DNA of 64,000 bases from Candidatus Aldehydirespiratoraceae bacterium (GCA_047639555.1 JBLIOE010000002.1:44072-108071); one strand, 5' to 3'; shown: positions 27,355-37,899, counted from the stretch's first letter. Notes: generated by a model from the letters alone, not told the origin. Translations and numbers: made by a program.

Positions 27355-27729
27355 CTAACGGCCGGTCAGCGGTGTCTCGTCGTCGGGGTCAGCATCGAGG
27401 TCGCCCGCAGCGGCGAGCGCTCCAGCCAGGAACGCGGCGCGTTCGTAGACCATCGAGAACCAATGCTCGGCGGCTGTCTCGTTGCCCGTGAGGGGCGGAC
27501 GGCCGAGCGAACGCACAACCGCTCGTACATCAGGGGAGTGTCGAATTTCGTCGATGCATTCGGGAAGCTTTTCCGAGTCGCCCCAGAACTCCGCGGGGTC
27601 AACCTTCGGCTGCGCCTTCTTCGACTGGTTCTTGCCACTCTTCTGCGGCGGTTTCGGCGACGGAGCGTTGCCGCCCCGGCTGCGAGAGCGAGTCCGCTTG
27701 CGCCGGGCGGGCTGACCGCGATCGCTCAT
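27355..27729 (-). CDS. Hypothetical protein with a basic disordered N-terminus, translationally coupled to the SNF2 helicase
   Basis: 124 aa. MSDRGQPARRKRTRSRSRGGN...FWGDSEKLPECIDEIRHSPDV... ATGA overlap with the upstream stop at 27726-27729. Confidence 0.5.
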   Translation of the reverse strand: MSDRGQPARRKRTRSRSRGGNAPSPKPPQKSGKNQSKKAQPKVDPAEFWGDSEKLPECIDEIRHSPDVRAVVRSLGRPPLTGNETAAEHWFSMVYERAAFLAGALAAAGDLDADPDDETPLTGR

Positions 27730-30700
27730 GCGCCGGCCTCGACCATCTCGACCTCGTTGGTGGCTTCGCCCTCGACATCGAGCAGCGCCTCGGCATCAAT
27801 GCCGAGGGCCATCTGGAGCTGGTTGGCATTGAGGTCGCCGATCGAGCTCGACTTCGGCAACGTGAGGTTGGCGATTTGACGCTTGCCCTCGACCACTTCC
27901 TCGACTCGTTCATCGATCGTTCCCGGGCACACGAGGCGGTGACAGATAACCGTGTTTTCCTGGCCGATTCGCCAGACGCGATCTCGCGCCTGATCCTCGA
28001 CAGCCGGGTTCCACCAGCGGTCGTAAAGCACAACATGGTTGGCCGCCGTGAGGTTGAGGCCGGTGCCGCCCGCCTTGAGCGAGAGAACCATGGCGCCCGC
28101 GCTGGACGACTTCTGGAACTCGTCGACCAATCGATCACGGGCACCACGGCCAAGTCCACCGTGGTAGCAGTCGATCTTCTTGCCCGTTCGTTCGCTGAGA
28201 TAACCCGCGAGCGTTTCGCCCCACGTGGCGAAGTGGGTAAAGACCAACACCTTCTCATCGGCCGCAAAGACGTTGTCGATGATCTCGTTGAGGCGAGCGA
28301 GCTTGCCGGACCGGCCTTCGATGCCCCGGTCATCGGCTTGGTAGTTCACCGGATGGTTGCAGATCTGCTTGAGCGCCGTGATGGCTGCAAGCACCGCACC
28401 CTTTCGTTCGGGGGTGCCGGGTTCTCGATGTTCGGCGTCGGTCACGAGCGTGTCGATGACCGCCTGATAGAGGCCGATCTGCTCGGGTGTCATCGCGCAA
28501 TGATCGAGCTCGTCGATGCGGTCTGGGAGTTCGGCCGCAATCGCCGGCTCCAGCTTGGTCCGGCGATACACAAGAATGCCGTTGAGGGCGCGCAACGCCT
28601 GTTCACCATCGTTCGAGGCGTGGGTGTTCTGCTTCTCCGGCGTGAGTTGCGACACGAAGGCAGCCCGAGGTCCGAGAAGTCCGGGATTGGCCCAGTCCAT
28701 GATCGCCCAAAGATCACCAAGACCGTTCTCGATCGGGGTGCCGGTGAGCGCGATGCGCGTGTGGGCCTTGAGTCGACGGAGTTGCCGGCTGGTTTCGGCG
28801 ACCGGATTCTTGATCGCCTGCGCCTCGTCGATCACAACCTTGCCCCACGAAATTTCGGCCAGCTGGTCCATATCTCGGACGGCCGTGCCATACGTGGTGA
28901 TGACGACGTCGGCGGCACGGATGGCCGCTTTGAGGGCCGGGCCCTTCGCTCGGGAAGCACCGTGGTGAACAAGCACCTTCACATCGGGTACGAAGTTCTT
29001 TGCCTCGGATGCCCAGTTGCCCACGACGGCGGGAGGGGCGATCACAAGACCTGTTCCTAGGCTTCGGCTTGCTCGGAGGTTTGCCAGTGCCGTTGGGGTC
29101 TTACCCAGACCCATGTCGAGGGCAAGGCAGCCACCAAGTCCGGCCTCGCCGAGGAAGTTGAGCCACGCAAGCGCATCGGCTTGATAGCTGCGGAGCTCGC
29201 CTTCGAAGCCTTCGGGCGTGGTATCGGGCGAATCGGGAAGCGAGTCGACACTGCGCAACAAGTCGGCCGCCCAGCCTTCGCCGACGATGTTGATCCCGCC
29301 TTCGAGCGGCGAACCTTCGAGACCAAGGGCGTGCCGAAGCATGTCGGCCCCGGTAAGTCGCGTCTGGCCGGCTCGCTCCGCGAGCGCAGCGGCGGCTTCG
29401 GCGAGGTCGGCCTTGTCGAGCTCGACCCATTGGCCACGACTCTTTACGAGCGGTCGCGCTTCAGCCGCGAGCCGAGAAATCTCCGCAACGGTCAACTCGA
29501 CTTCATCGAAGACCGCTGACCAGCGCACATCAGCGAGCTGTTGTGCGCCGACCGCGCTCTCGTCGGATTCGGACGTGAGCCGTAGCGAAGCGATGGCCTT
29601 TTGTCGGCGGAGGTTGGGCACCCGCACATCGAACCCGGCAGCTCCAAGGATGTCGCCCGATGTCGTCATCAGGTTCCACGCCTCGTCCTGAGACAAGATC
29701 ACCTCGCCGCGCCGGCGCCCACCCAGGCGAAGGAGTTCGGGGAACAAGCGCTCCAGCCGGTTCAGCTGGGAAGTCATCTGCTTTGCTCGCGTCTTCGAAC
29801 CCGTGGTGACGGAAACCTCAACTGGCTCGAGCCCGCCGTCTTCGCTCGGCGCAAGCACCGCAACGTGCCAGGCGCCAGCATCGTCAGGAGGGTCGAGCTG
29901 CACAACGAGCCGTCGACCGGTTGCTCCGCCAACGGATTGACCCCACTGCTCCATCCGGCGAACGAGTTCGCCACCGCTCTTTGTCGGTGCGAGGAATGCT
30001 TCGCCGTTGAGGGAGCAGAGTGCGGCCTCCGCGACGTCCTGCTTCGAGGAGATCTGCGGCGGCGCGGCTGGCGATTCGAGTTGACCCGCCGCGAAGCTCA
30101 CGATGGCATCGGTGATATCGGTGAGGGCGGCGAGCGCAAACTTCTCTTTTTCTTGCTCTCGGCTGCCCAACATTGCCGCGCCCGGCACTGATGCCGTGAG
30201 ACCCGACAGCATCTTGTCGTCAATGAGCGCGGGTAGCCAACGCATGCGGAAGGTGCCCTCGTCCGGAGTTGATGGGTCCTTCCGGCGGCGCTTCTGCTGC
30301 ACAAGCTGCGGCACGAACCGACCTTGCATCACCATCTCGATGGCGGCGGCAGTAGCAATGCCCATCCATGTGACGCTGGCGCCGACCCGTTCGTCGTCGG
30401 CTGTTCTGCCGAGCGGCGCCAGCCACCCGAGGACTTTCTCGATTGGTGCGGAGACAGTAGCGACGCGACCGTTGCCAGGAATCTTGACGCTGGCCCGTTC
30501 GTCCCAGTCGTCGACCACACCGCCGAGGTCGCGAATGCGTTGGAGCACCTGCTCCTCGGTCTCTGCTCGGAGTCCCGGACCCGACGCCCACGCGACGATT
30601 CGGCCGTCGGAGCGAGACAAATGAAGTTGAATGTCGCCCACCACCGTCGGCTCGGGAGCGTTCGGTCGCCCTTCCGATGCTGGTTGCAGGTCGTCGGCGG

Positions 30701-30932
30701 CGGGTGCGCCGACCAACTCAGTAAGCGCTTCGTCGATCACCCAGCAGTCCGCGTCGAGGTCGGCGAGCACGATGGCCCGCTCGGCCCCTCGGAGATCGCG
30801 GCGGGCTGCGCCGAGATGCACTTCGGCCTCGTCAAGGAGGCGCCAAAGGCTGGCGATCCACGCAGGTCGGCGCTGATTCAGATATTTGGCGTCCTCGGCG
30901 GTCGTACGACCATCAAGGTGGGCTTGTACCAA
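27726..30932 (-). CDS. helZ: SNF2-family helicase with a long N-terminal SNF2-associated region (HelZ-like)
   Basis: 1068 aa. LRSYQADALAWLNFL...LALDMGLGKT...VIDEAQAIKNP...TGTPIENGLGDLW...LSLKAGGTGLNLTAANHVVLYDRWWNPAVEDQARDRVWRIGQ. The gene symbol is assigned by analogy to mycobacterial helZ, which is also near the paf locus. The TTG start is uncertain. Confidence 0.8.
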   Translation of the reverse strand: MVQAHLDGRTTAEDAKYLNQRRPAWIASLWRLLDEAEVHLGAARRDLRGAERAIVLADLDADCWVIDEALTELVGAPAADDLQPASEGRPNAPEPTVVGDIQLHLSRSDGRIVAWASGPGLRAETEEQVLQRIRDLGGVVDDWDERASVKIPGNGRVATVSAPIEKVLGWLAPLGRTADDERVGASVTWMGIATAAAIEMVMQGRFVPQLVQQKRRRKDPSTPDEGTFRMRWLPALIDDKMLSGLTASVPGAAMLGSREQEKEKFALAALTDITDAIVSFAAGQLESPAAPPQISSKQDVAEAALCSLNGEAFLAPTKSGGELVRRMEQWGQSVGGATGRRLVVQLDPPDDAGAWHVAVLAPSEDGGLEPVEVSVTTGSKTRAKQMTSQLNRLERLFPELLRLGGRRRGEVILSQDEAWNLMTTSGDILGAAGFDVRVPNLRRQKAIASLRLTSESDESAVGAQQLADVRWSAVFDEVELTVAEISRLAAEARPLVKSRGQWVELDKADLAEAAAALAERAGQTRLTGADMLRHALGLEGSPLEGGINIVGEGWAADLLRSVDSLPDSPDTTPEGFEGELRSYQADALAWLNFLGEAGLGGCLALDMGLGKTPTALANLRASRSLGTGLVIAPPAVVGNWASEAKNFVPDVKVLVHHGASRAKGPALKAAIRAADVVITTYGTAVRDMDQLAEISWGKVVIDEAQAIKNPVAETSRQLRRLKAHTRIALTGTPIENGLGDLWAIMDWANPGLLGPRAAFVSQLTPEKQNTHASNDGEQALRALNGILVYRRTKLEPAIAAELPDRIDELDHCAMTPEQIGLYQAVIDTLVTDAEHREPGTPERKGAVLAAITALKQICNHPVNYQADDRGIEGRSGKLARLNEIIDNVFAADEKVLVFTHFATWGETLAGYLSERTGKKIDCYHGGLGRGARDRLVDEFQKSSSAGAMVLSLKAGGTGLNLTAANHVVLYDRWWNPAVEDQARDRVWRIGQENTVICHRLVCPGTIDERVEEVVEGKRQIANLTLPKSSSIGDLNANQLQMALGIDAEALLDVEGEATNEVEMVEAGA

Positions 30933-31194
30933 TCGGTCGAGTTGACTCGACGTCCGGACAGCCCTGTCGGTGTCAGTAACGGTTGTCTCCTACGGGAGGC
31001 GAAGCACGAGCTTCGATCTCAGAGCTACGCCTTCGTTTCTCACAAGGAGACGCCTGACCTAGCCGCCGGTGACGGATCCGTATTCCCGCACCGACTTTCG
31101 TCAACAACCCTGCGGTTGCCACGAAACTCAATCGGAGTCTACGAGCGAAGGCCCGTTCCCCAACGTGCGGCGAGTTCGCCGCCGGTTTGTGCGG

Positions 31195-32412
31195 TCAGAC
31201 GCGTGGTTCTTTGGGGAGGCCGAGCACCATTTCGCCAAGAATGTTGCGCTGGATCTGGCTCGTACCTGCATAGATCGTGCCGGCCCGAGCGTTATAGAAC
31301 GCCCCGACCCAGCTCGCAGAGTTGTTGCCGGACCCTGCCTGGTCGCCCCAAAATGCGGTGGCCGGCGACTTACCCTCGAGCGTCATCGCTTTGGCGCCAA
31401 GTATGTCGACGGCAAGTTCGGTGATCCGCTGGTGGTATTCGCTCCAATAGATCTTGAACATCGACTCCGTGGGACCGGGTACACCGCCCGTCAGGAAGTT
31501 CGTGAGCGATCGCTTCCCGAGATAACCCATGATCTCGACTTCGATGTGAATCTGCGCCAGTCGATCCCGCAACACCGGATCGTTGGCGGCGCCGGTCTCG
31601 CGAGCGAAGGCGAGAAGCTTCTCGGCTTCCGCTTTGAACATGATCGGCATCGTGGCCGCGGCCTCGCCCCGTTCATAACCGAGCAGGGTCATCGCCACTG
31701 CCCAACCACCGTTGACTTCGCCGACCACGTTTTCCTTGGCGGTGCGGGCGTCGGTAAAGAACGTTTCGTTGAACTCGGAGTCGCCGGAGAGCATCTCGAT
31801 TGGCCGGACCTCGACACCCTCTTGTTCCATTGGGCAGAGCAGGAAGCTGATGCCACGATGTTTGGGGGCGTCCTGGTCGGTACGGCACAGAACAAAGATC
31901 CAGTTGGCGGTCATACCCGCCGAGGTCCAGATCTTCTGGCCGTCGATGACCCATTCGTCACCGTCGAGGTTGGCGCGACAGCCCAGGCCCGCGAGGTCGG
32001 AGCCCGCATCGGGCTCGGAGTACCCCTGACACCACACATCGTCGCCGCTGATGATGCGCGGCAAGAAGTGGGCCCTCTGTTCAGGAGTGCCCCACTGCAG
32101 GATCGTGTTCCCAACCATCTGGATGCTGAACGAGTCGTTGTTGCCGCCGGTGGGCACACCGGCTCGCTGGAACTCTTCGGCCAGAACGACCTGCTCGAGT
32201 TCAGTCAACCCGCCGCCGCCGTATTCCGTCGGCCAGGCCGCGGCGAGATAACGGTTCTCGGCCAAGGTGCGACGCCATTCATCGCTAAATGCCGTGGCGT
32301 CTTCATGGCTCAGGGCACCGATGCCCGCCCAGGTGGACGGCAGCTTCTCGGCCAGAAACGCCTGGACCTTCTCTCGGAACGCTTGGGCTTCGGGGGAGTA
32401 GGACGGGTCCAT
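31195..32412 (-). CDS. Acyl-CoA dehydrogenase family protein
   Basis: 405 aa. WCQGYSEPDAGSDLAGL...DGDEWVIDGQKIWTS...GTSQIQRNILGE. Confidence 0.85.
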   Translation of the reverse strand: MDPSYSPEAQAFREKVQAFLAEKLPSTWAGIGALSHEDATAFSDEWRRTLAENRYLAAAWPTEYGGGGLTELEQVVLAEEFQRAGVPTGGNNDSFSIQMVGNTILQWGTPEQRAHFLPRIISGDDVWCQGYSEPDAGSDLAGLGCRANLDGDEWVIDGQKIWTSAGMTANWIFVLCRTDQDAPKHRGISFLLCPMEQEGVEVRPIEMLSGDSEFNETFFTDARTAKENVVGEVNGGWAVAMTLLGYERGEAAATMPIMFKAEAEKLLAFARETGAANDPVLRDRLAQIHIEVEIMGYLGKRSLTNFLTGGVPGPTESMFKIYWSEYHQRITELAVDILGAKAMTLEGKSPATAFWGDQAGSGNNSASWVGAFYNARAGTIYAGTSQIQRNILGEMVLGLPKEPRV

Positions 32413-33503
32413 CAGCGAAGGCCCTCTGCTTTCGTGGCAAGTGCGGTGAGGAGTTCGTCGAAGCTCTTTTCGAACGCGGCGACTCCTTCATCTTCGAGTA
32501 GCTGGGTGACATCGTCGATGTCGATGCCAACCGCCGCGAGCGATGCCATCACCGCGTGAGCCGCGTCGACGTCACTGTCGATCGTGCGGGCAACGGTGCC
32601 GTGGTCTTCAAACGCATCGATGGTGCTATCGGGAAGCGTATTGACGGTGTCGGGTCCGATGAGTTCGTCGACGTACAACGTGTCGGGGTAGTCGGGGTTC
32701 TTCGTCGAGGTCGAGGCCCACAGCGGACGCTGTACCCGAGCACCCCGAGCGACAAGGGCATCCCAGCGGGGGCCGGAGAACGTTTCAACGAAGCGCGCGT
32801 AGGCGAGCTGACCGTTGGCGACTGCAGCCTTGCCGCGGAGGGCAAGCGCGTCCGGGGTGCCAATGGCATCGAGTCGACGATCAACCTCGACATCGACGCG
32901 ACTGATGAAGAACGACGCAACGCTCGAAATGTCGGACAGGTCGCCTTCGGCCCGTTCGAGACCGGAGAGGTACGCCTCCATGACCTCGGCGTAGCGGTTG
33001 AGCGAGAAGATCAGCGTGACGTTGATCGAACGGCTCTCGGCAATCATCTGCTCGATTGGTGCGAGCCCTTCGGCCGTGGCCGGAATCTTCACGTAGAGGT
33101 TGGAGGCGGAGAGCTGCTCGTCGAGCGCTCGGGCCGCGGTTTCGGTGCCGGGTGTGTCGCGAGCCAAACCGGGATCGACTTCGACGGATACGTACCCGTC
33201 GAGACCGCCGGACTCGTCGTAGACCGGTCGCAAGATGCCGAGGGCAGCACGAATGTCGCTCGTGACCAACTGCCAGTAGGAAGCTTCAACGTCGAGTCCA
33301 CCACCGATCGCCGAGGCGAACTCGTCGTCGTATTCGGCAGAACCTTGGATCGCCTTTTGGAAGATCGAAGGGTTCGATGTGAGACCGCGCACCCCGCGAG
33401 ACACCCAGTTCTCCAATTCGCCGCTGGTAATCCAGCCGCGACGGATGTTGTCGAGCCACGGGCTTTGCCCCTGCTCGGTGAAGAGGTCATGAACGCGGGT
33501 CAT
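32412..33503 (-). CDS. tal: Transaldolase (actinobacterial long type)
   Basis: MTRVHDLFTEQGQSPWLDNIRRGWI...GLTSNPSIFQKAI...YVKIPAT. The stop overlaps the downstream ATG (TGATG). Confidence 0.9.
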   Translation of the reverse strand: MTRVHDLFTEQGQSPWLDNIRRGWITSGELENWVSRGVRGLTSNPSIFQKAIQGSAEYDDEFASAIGGGLDVEASYWQLVTSDIRAALGILRPVYDESGGLDGYVSVEVDPGLARDTPGTETAARALDEQLSASNLYVKIPATAEGLAPIEQMIAESRSINVTLIFSLNRYAEVMEAYLSGLERAEGDLSDISSVASFFISRVDVEVDRRLDAIGTPDALALRGKAAVANGQLAYARFVETFSGPRWDALVARGARVQRPLWASTSTKNPDYPDTLYVDELIGPDTVNTLPDSTIDAFEDHGTVARTIDSDVDAAHAVMASLAAVGIDIDDVTQLLEDEGVAAFEKSFDELLTALATKAEGLR

Positions 33504-33538
33504 AGCGGTCTCCGGTGTTGGGGAATGATGTGTGTCGC

Positions 33539-35509
33539 TCAGACGAGAAGAGCCTTGGCCCGAGCCACGAGGTTCTCGGAAGTGATCCCGAGTTCAGCCA
33601 TGACCGTACCTCCCGGCGCCGACGCGCCGAAACGATCGATGCCAACAATGTCGTCAACCCAGCGATGCCAGCCCATGGTGACACCCGCCTCGATGGCGAT
33701 TGATGGCAGGTTGGGAGCGATCACGGCAGCCTGAGCTTCGTTCGACTGGGCTTCGAAGAGCTCCCAGCACGGCATCGAAACGACGCGGGCGCCAATGCCC
33801 TCGGCCGCAAGCGCGGACGCAGCCTCAACACAGACAGAGACTTCGCTGCCGGTGCCGACCAGCGTGAGCGCCGCGTTGTCGCTGTCTTGCAGCACGTAGG
33901 CGCCGTTGGCCACACCTTCGGCTGAGGTGCCGGCGAGCACGGGTACGTTCTGACGCGTGGTGATCATGGCGGTCGGTCCACCCGAGGCCACCGCGATACG
34001 CCAAGCCGCCGCGGTCTCGTTGGCGTCGGCGGGACGCATCACGCGCAGGCCGGGAATCGCCCGCAGCGACGCGATCTGCTCGACCGGCTGATGAGTGGGA
34101 CCATCTTCGCCTACACCCACGGAGTCGTGGCTCCACACAAAGATGGAGCGAGCCTCGGACAGCGCGGCGAGGCGCACGGCGCCCCGCATGTAGTCGGCAA
34201 AGACGAGGAACGTGCCCACTACGGGGATCGCACCACCGTGGAGGGCCATGCCATTCGCGATTGCACCCATGGCGTGTTCGCGAACGCCAAAGTAGATCTG
34301 GCGCCCTCCGGGGTTGGCCGCCGAGAAGACGCCTTCGTCCTTGATGACCGTGCCGGTGTTGCCGGTGAGGTCAGCGCCTCCACCGGTGAGACCGGGCACC
34401 AGCGGCACGAGCGCCTGAAGGGCGCTGTTCGACGCCTTACGAGTGGCAATGGACTCGCCCACTTCGAACGAGGGGAGAGCATCTTCCCAGCCCGGCAGGC
34501 CCGTGCCGCTGAGCTGCGCCTCAAGGGTTGATCGATCGCCGGTGAAAGCGGCAACGCGACCGTCCCAGGCTTCGCGATCGACCGAACCGCGCCCGCCTAG
34601 TTGGTTGTATGTCTCAAGAACATCGGCGGCTACGTGGAAGGTCTTGTCGGCGGGCATCCCCATCGCGGCCTTCGTCGCGGCGATCTCCTCGTCGAAGAAC
34701 GCATAACCGTGGGCCTCGGGCGTATTGCTGGAGTCGGGCGCCGGCGTGCCGATGATTGTGCGGATAATGACCAGGCTGGGCTTGTCGCTAACGGCCATCG
34801 CCGCACGGATGCCCGCTTCGAGTGCGTCGAGATCCTCGCCCACCGCGCCAAGTTCGTGCACGTCCCACCCGTAGGCGCGGAACCGGGCGGCCGCGTCATC
34901 GGTGAGCGCCAGCTCGGTCTCACCGTCGATGGTGATGTGGTTGTCGTCGTAGCAAAGGACGATCTTGCCGAGACCGAGATGGCCGGCGAGCGATGCCGCT
35001 TCGTGGCTCAGTCCTTCGGAGAGATCACCGTCGCCACAAATGCCGAACACGTGGTGATCGAAGATGTCGGCGCCGTAGCGCGAACGGAGCTGTGCTTCCA
35101 CAATGGCCATGCCGACCATGTTCGCCACACCCTGACCGAGCGGGCCAGTGGTGACTTCCACGCCTGCGGTGTGGCCAACCTCGGGGTGCCCGGGTGTGGC
35201 CGAACCCCATTGGCGGAATTCCTTGAGGTCGTCGAGCGTCAGGCCGAAGCCCGCGAGGTGGAGAAGCGAGTACTGCAGGATCGACGCGTGTCCGGCCGAC
35301 AAAACGAACCGATCACGATCGGCCCAGCTGGGTTTCGCGGCGTCGTACGACATAACTCGCGAGTACAGGACATGGGCCAGGGGAGCGAGCGACATTGCGG
35401 TGCCTTGATGGCCTGAACGCGCCGCATGCGGGGCGTCCATTGCGAGCCCTCGAATCGTGCCAACCGCACGCGCATCAAAATCCGACATCAGTCCTCCAGA
35501 TTGCGACAT
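33539..35509 (-). CDS. tkt: Transketolase
   Basis: RGLAMDAPHAARSGHQGTAMSLAP...GDGDLSEG...GVREHAM...SHDSVGVGEDGPTHQP. The start is taken at ATG 35509 (MSQSGG...); ATG 35488 is also possible. Confidence 0.9.
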   Translation of the reverse strand: MSQSGGLMSDFDARAVGTIRGLAMDAPHAARSGHQGTAMSLAPLAHVLYSRVMSYDAAKPSWADRDRFVLSAGHASILQYSLLHLAGFGLTLDDLKEFRQWGSATPGHPEVGHTAGVEVTTGPLGQGVANMVGMAIVEAQLRSRYGADIFDHHVFGICGDGDLSEGLSHEAASLAGHLGLGKIVLCYDDNHITIDGETELALTDDAAARFRAYGWDVHELGAVGEDLDALEAGIRAAMAVSDKPSLVIIRTIIGTPAPDSSNTPEAHGYAFFDEEIAATKAAMGMPADKTFHVAADVLETYNQLGGRGSVDREAWDGRVAAFTGDRSTLEAQLSGTGLPGWEDALPSFEVGESIATRKASNSALQALVPLVPGLTGGGADLTGNTGTVIKDEGVFSAANPGGRQIYFGVREHAMGAIANGMALHGGAIPVVGTFLVFADYMRGAVRLAALSEARSIFVWSHDSVGVGEDGPTHQPVEQIASLRAIPGLRVMRPADANETAAAWRIAVASGGPTAMITTRQNVPVLAGTSAEGVANGAYVLQDSDNAALTLVGTGSEVSVCVEAASALAAEGIGARVVSMPCWELFEAQSNEAQAAVIAPNLPSIAIEAGVTMGWHRWVDDIVGIDRFGASAPGGTVMAELGITSENLVARAKALLV

Positions 35510-35555
35510 CTCGTCGGACCCTATCCGAGCGATCGAACCGCAGTTCGGATGTTTC

Positions 35556-36710
35556 TCAGCCGTAGAAGAGAAGGACCGACGCGGTGAACCCGTGAACATG
35601 ATTTTGTCCGGCGACCGGACCGATTTCACCGGCACAGAACATGCCAGCTACGGCTCCACCGTTCACGGCGTCGTAGACCATCGAAGCGTCGTGGTCCGGT
35701 GCGCCGAACAGTTGTGTGCCACGGCCGTTGCAGGTGAACACGAGCGCGGCATCCGCATCAACCGAGCCGAGTCGCTCGGTGAGGTCGTCAGTGGCGCTGT
35801 TGGCGTCGCGCACATGAAACTGGAGGGTGGATCCGACCGGCGCATGGTCACCAATACGCAGCGCGCCAGCCTGATGGTCGGCGCCAAGCACCCCGCGAAT
35901 CAAGAAGTCGCCCGTACTCAGGTCATCCGCGGTTTCGTTCACAACAAGACCCACATGGAGTCCGCGCGAGAGGAGGGCCCGGTCATCTTCATCCGCGTCG
36001 TCGATGAGCGTGCGCAGTCGGTCCATCGCCGGCCGCATGCCCAGCTCATGGACAAGGTTCCCTTCAGAACGGGTGACGGTGTAGGGGTCACCGACCGGCC
36101 GACAGCCTTGCGACACGACGCCGACCTCGTCGAGACCCGCGGGCAAGAGCACACCCACGGCACCGTCGTAATGCATCTCACCCTGCACGGTGAGTCGATT
36201 CGCTCCCAGGCCGCCGCCCGCGGAAGCAAGACCACCAAAGATCGTGAGGTCCGGATATTGCTCATTGCTCGCCCGAACGAACGCCTCCGTTGGAAAGGTG
36301 AAGGGCTCGGCGAGAAGGACGAGGGTGCGACGGCCGATTGCCGCCTCATCGGGCATGCCGATCACGGCCGTGCCGTCCGGCGACTGCACGACTTCGAGCC
36401 GGACAGCCTCGGCATCGCCCACATGTCCGGCCCAGACCGATACCGCAGCAACATCTTCGACTTCGGACCGGCCGCCGATCACGGACACCGCGGTAGTGCC
36501 GACGAACGCGACCGGGCGAAGGATGGCGTGTACCGCAGAGGCGATTTCCGCCATCGCTTCTCGATGCGGGCCGGTAACAAAGAGGATCGCCATATCGACG
36601 CCCGGACCCACCTGGTCGAGCACGGCCCCCGCGGCTTCCGCGACCGCATGGGCCGCGTCGGGATGTTCGGAAACGGCTGCGCCGTATGTCGCCGCGCCCG
36701 CCGCAACCAT
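35556..36710 (-). CDS. FIST-domain (FIST_N/FIST_C) sensory protein
   Basis: Start at MVAAGAATYGAAVSEHPD... The C-terminus has the typical FIST_C ending ...ALVFTCNGRG..LFG..DHDA.........AGMFCAGEIGP. Confidence 0.65.
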   Translation of the reverse strand: MVAAGAATYGAAVSEHPDAAHAVAEAAGAVLDQVGPGVDMAILFVTGPHREAMAEIASAVHAILRPVAFVGTTAVSVIGGRSEVEDVAAVSVWAGHVGDAEAVRLEVVQSPDGTAVIGMPDEAAIGRRTLVLLAEPFTFPTEAFVRASNEQYPDLTIFGGLASAGGGLGANRLTVQGEMHYDGAVGVLLPAGLDEVGVVSQGCRPVGDPYTVTRSEGNLVHELGMRPAMDRLRTLIDDADEDDRALLSRGLHVGLVVNETADDLSTGDFLIRGVLGADHQAGALRIGDHAPVGSTLQFHVRDANSATDDLTERLGSVDADAALVFTCNGRGTQLFGAPDHDASMVYDAVNGGAVAGMFCAGEIGPVAGQNHVHGFTASVLLFYG

Positions 36711-36711
36711 G

Positions 36712-37161
36712 TCAGCCCTCCGGCGGAGGGAGCAGCGTGTAGGGCACGACCGTTTGGGGGCCGAAACCAATACGACAGCGGGCCTCGATCGAGCCGTACT
36801 CTTCGAACTCGAGCTCGGCTCGCACCAGTCGATAAGTGAACTTCCCCGGCTCCACGTCGAAGGGCTGCACGTTGCGAGCGATCTGTTCGTCGCCGCGATG
36901 GAACGTCACTTCGAGGACACCCTGGCCCGCTCCACCCAGCGGGCAGCGCACGATGACACAAAGGTGCGGTGACCATGTGAGCGGCAGCGGCGTGGGCGCG
37001 GCTGCGCTGAACTGGATGCCCTTGAGATCAATACGGGTCGCGGGACCCTCGACCTGACGCAGATCGATCTCATCGATAAAGAGAGCGGACACAATCTGCA
37101 TGTCGTCCGGCGAGGGGTTAGCGGAAGCGACGTCGGGTGATTCCGGTTCAGAGGTAGCCAT
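36712..37161 (-). CDS. Hypothetical protein (predicted beta-rich), upstream partner of the FIST gene
   Basis: About 149 aa from [11 protein letters not shown]... There is a 1-nt gap to the FIST start. No family recognised. Confidence 0.45.
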   Translation of the reverse strand: MATSEPESPDVASANPSPDDMQIVSALFIDEIDLRQVEGPATRIDLKGIQFSAAAPTPLPLTWSPHLCVIVRCPLGGAGQGVLEVTFHRGDEQIARNVQPFDVEPGKFTYRLVRAELEFEEYGSIEARCRIGFGPQTVVPYTLLPPPEG

Positions 37162-37203
37162 GACGCGCACGTTATCTGGGGAGTGGAGTTCCGGCCCACT
37201 ACG

Positions 37204-37845
37204 ATGCAAACCGTGCCGGGGACCTCCATTGCTGCTCCCGACGTTCCGACGCGGGAGGCAATCGTGACCGCCGCGCGTCGGCTCTTCGCCGAGCGCGGCT
37301 TCGATGGCACGTCGTTAAACGACATTGCGGCCGTCGTCGGCATCCGCCGCCAGAGCTTGCTACACCACTTCCCCTCAAAGGAAGCGATGTACCGCGAGGT
37401 CTTCGAACTCGCGCTCGCCGACTGGTACGAGCTGGTCGAGGGCGCAGTGAACGGAACCACCGCCAACGGTTGGGAACAGCTCGACGTTGTCCTCTCGGCC
37501 GGCTTTGCGTTCTTTATGAACAATCCCGACTTCGTGCGCATCCTTCGGCGAGAAGCGTTGGCGGAGGAAGGCACCGGCCACATCGAACTCGGCGTCGCGC
37601 TGCAACCCTTGTTCGCTCGAGCGGTCGAGTACTTCGAACGCGAGATGGATGCCGGCCGCTTCCGACGCCACGACGCCGAGCAACTCCTCCTCACCGGCTA
37701 CGGGGCGCTGTTGTCGTACTTCAGCGATGTGCCGTTCATCGGCGATTTACTCCTGCGCGACCCGCTGGGAGCTGAGGCCCTCGACGCCCGTCTCAACCAT
37801 GTCCGGAATCTGTTTCGGGCCGCGCTCGAACCCACGTCGAACTGA
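37204..37845 (+). CDS. TetR-family transcriptional regulator
   Basis: [48 protein letters not shown] is the HTH. Divergent from the FIST operon. Confidence 0.85.
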   Translation: MQTVPGTSIAAPDVPTREAIVTAARRLFAERGFDGTSLNDIAAVVGIRRQSLLHHFPSKEAMYREVFELALADWYELVEGAVNGTTANGWEQLDVVLSAGFAFFMNNPDFVRILRREALAEEGTGHIELGVALQPLFARAVEYFEREMDAGRFRRHDAEQLLLTGYGALLSYFSDVPFIGDLLLRDPLGAEALDARLNHVRNLFRAALEPTSN

Positions 37846-37899
37846 GAACCGCGCCCGCGACGCGACCCCAGCGCTCGCGACGCCTAACCTGCCACTCAC

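Noticed and set aside
31167-31182. Hairpin GCGGCGA-GT-TCGCCGC downstream of the acyl-CoA dehydrogenase gene
   Set aside because: The T-run lies on the wrong strand for the minus-strand transcript. It cannot be supported as a terminator.
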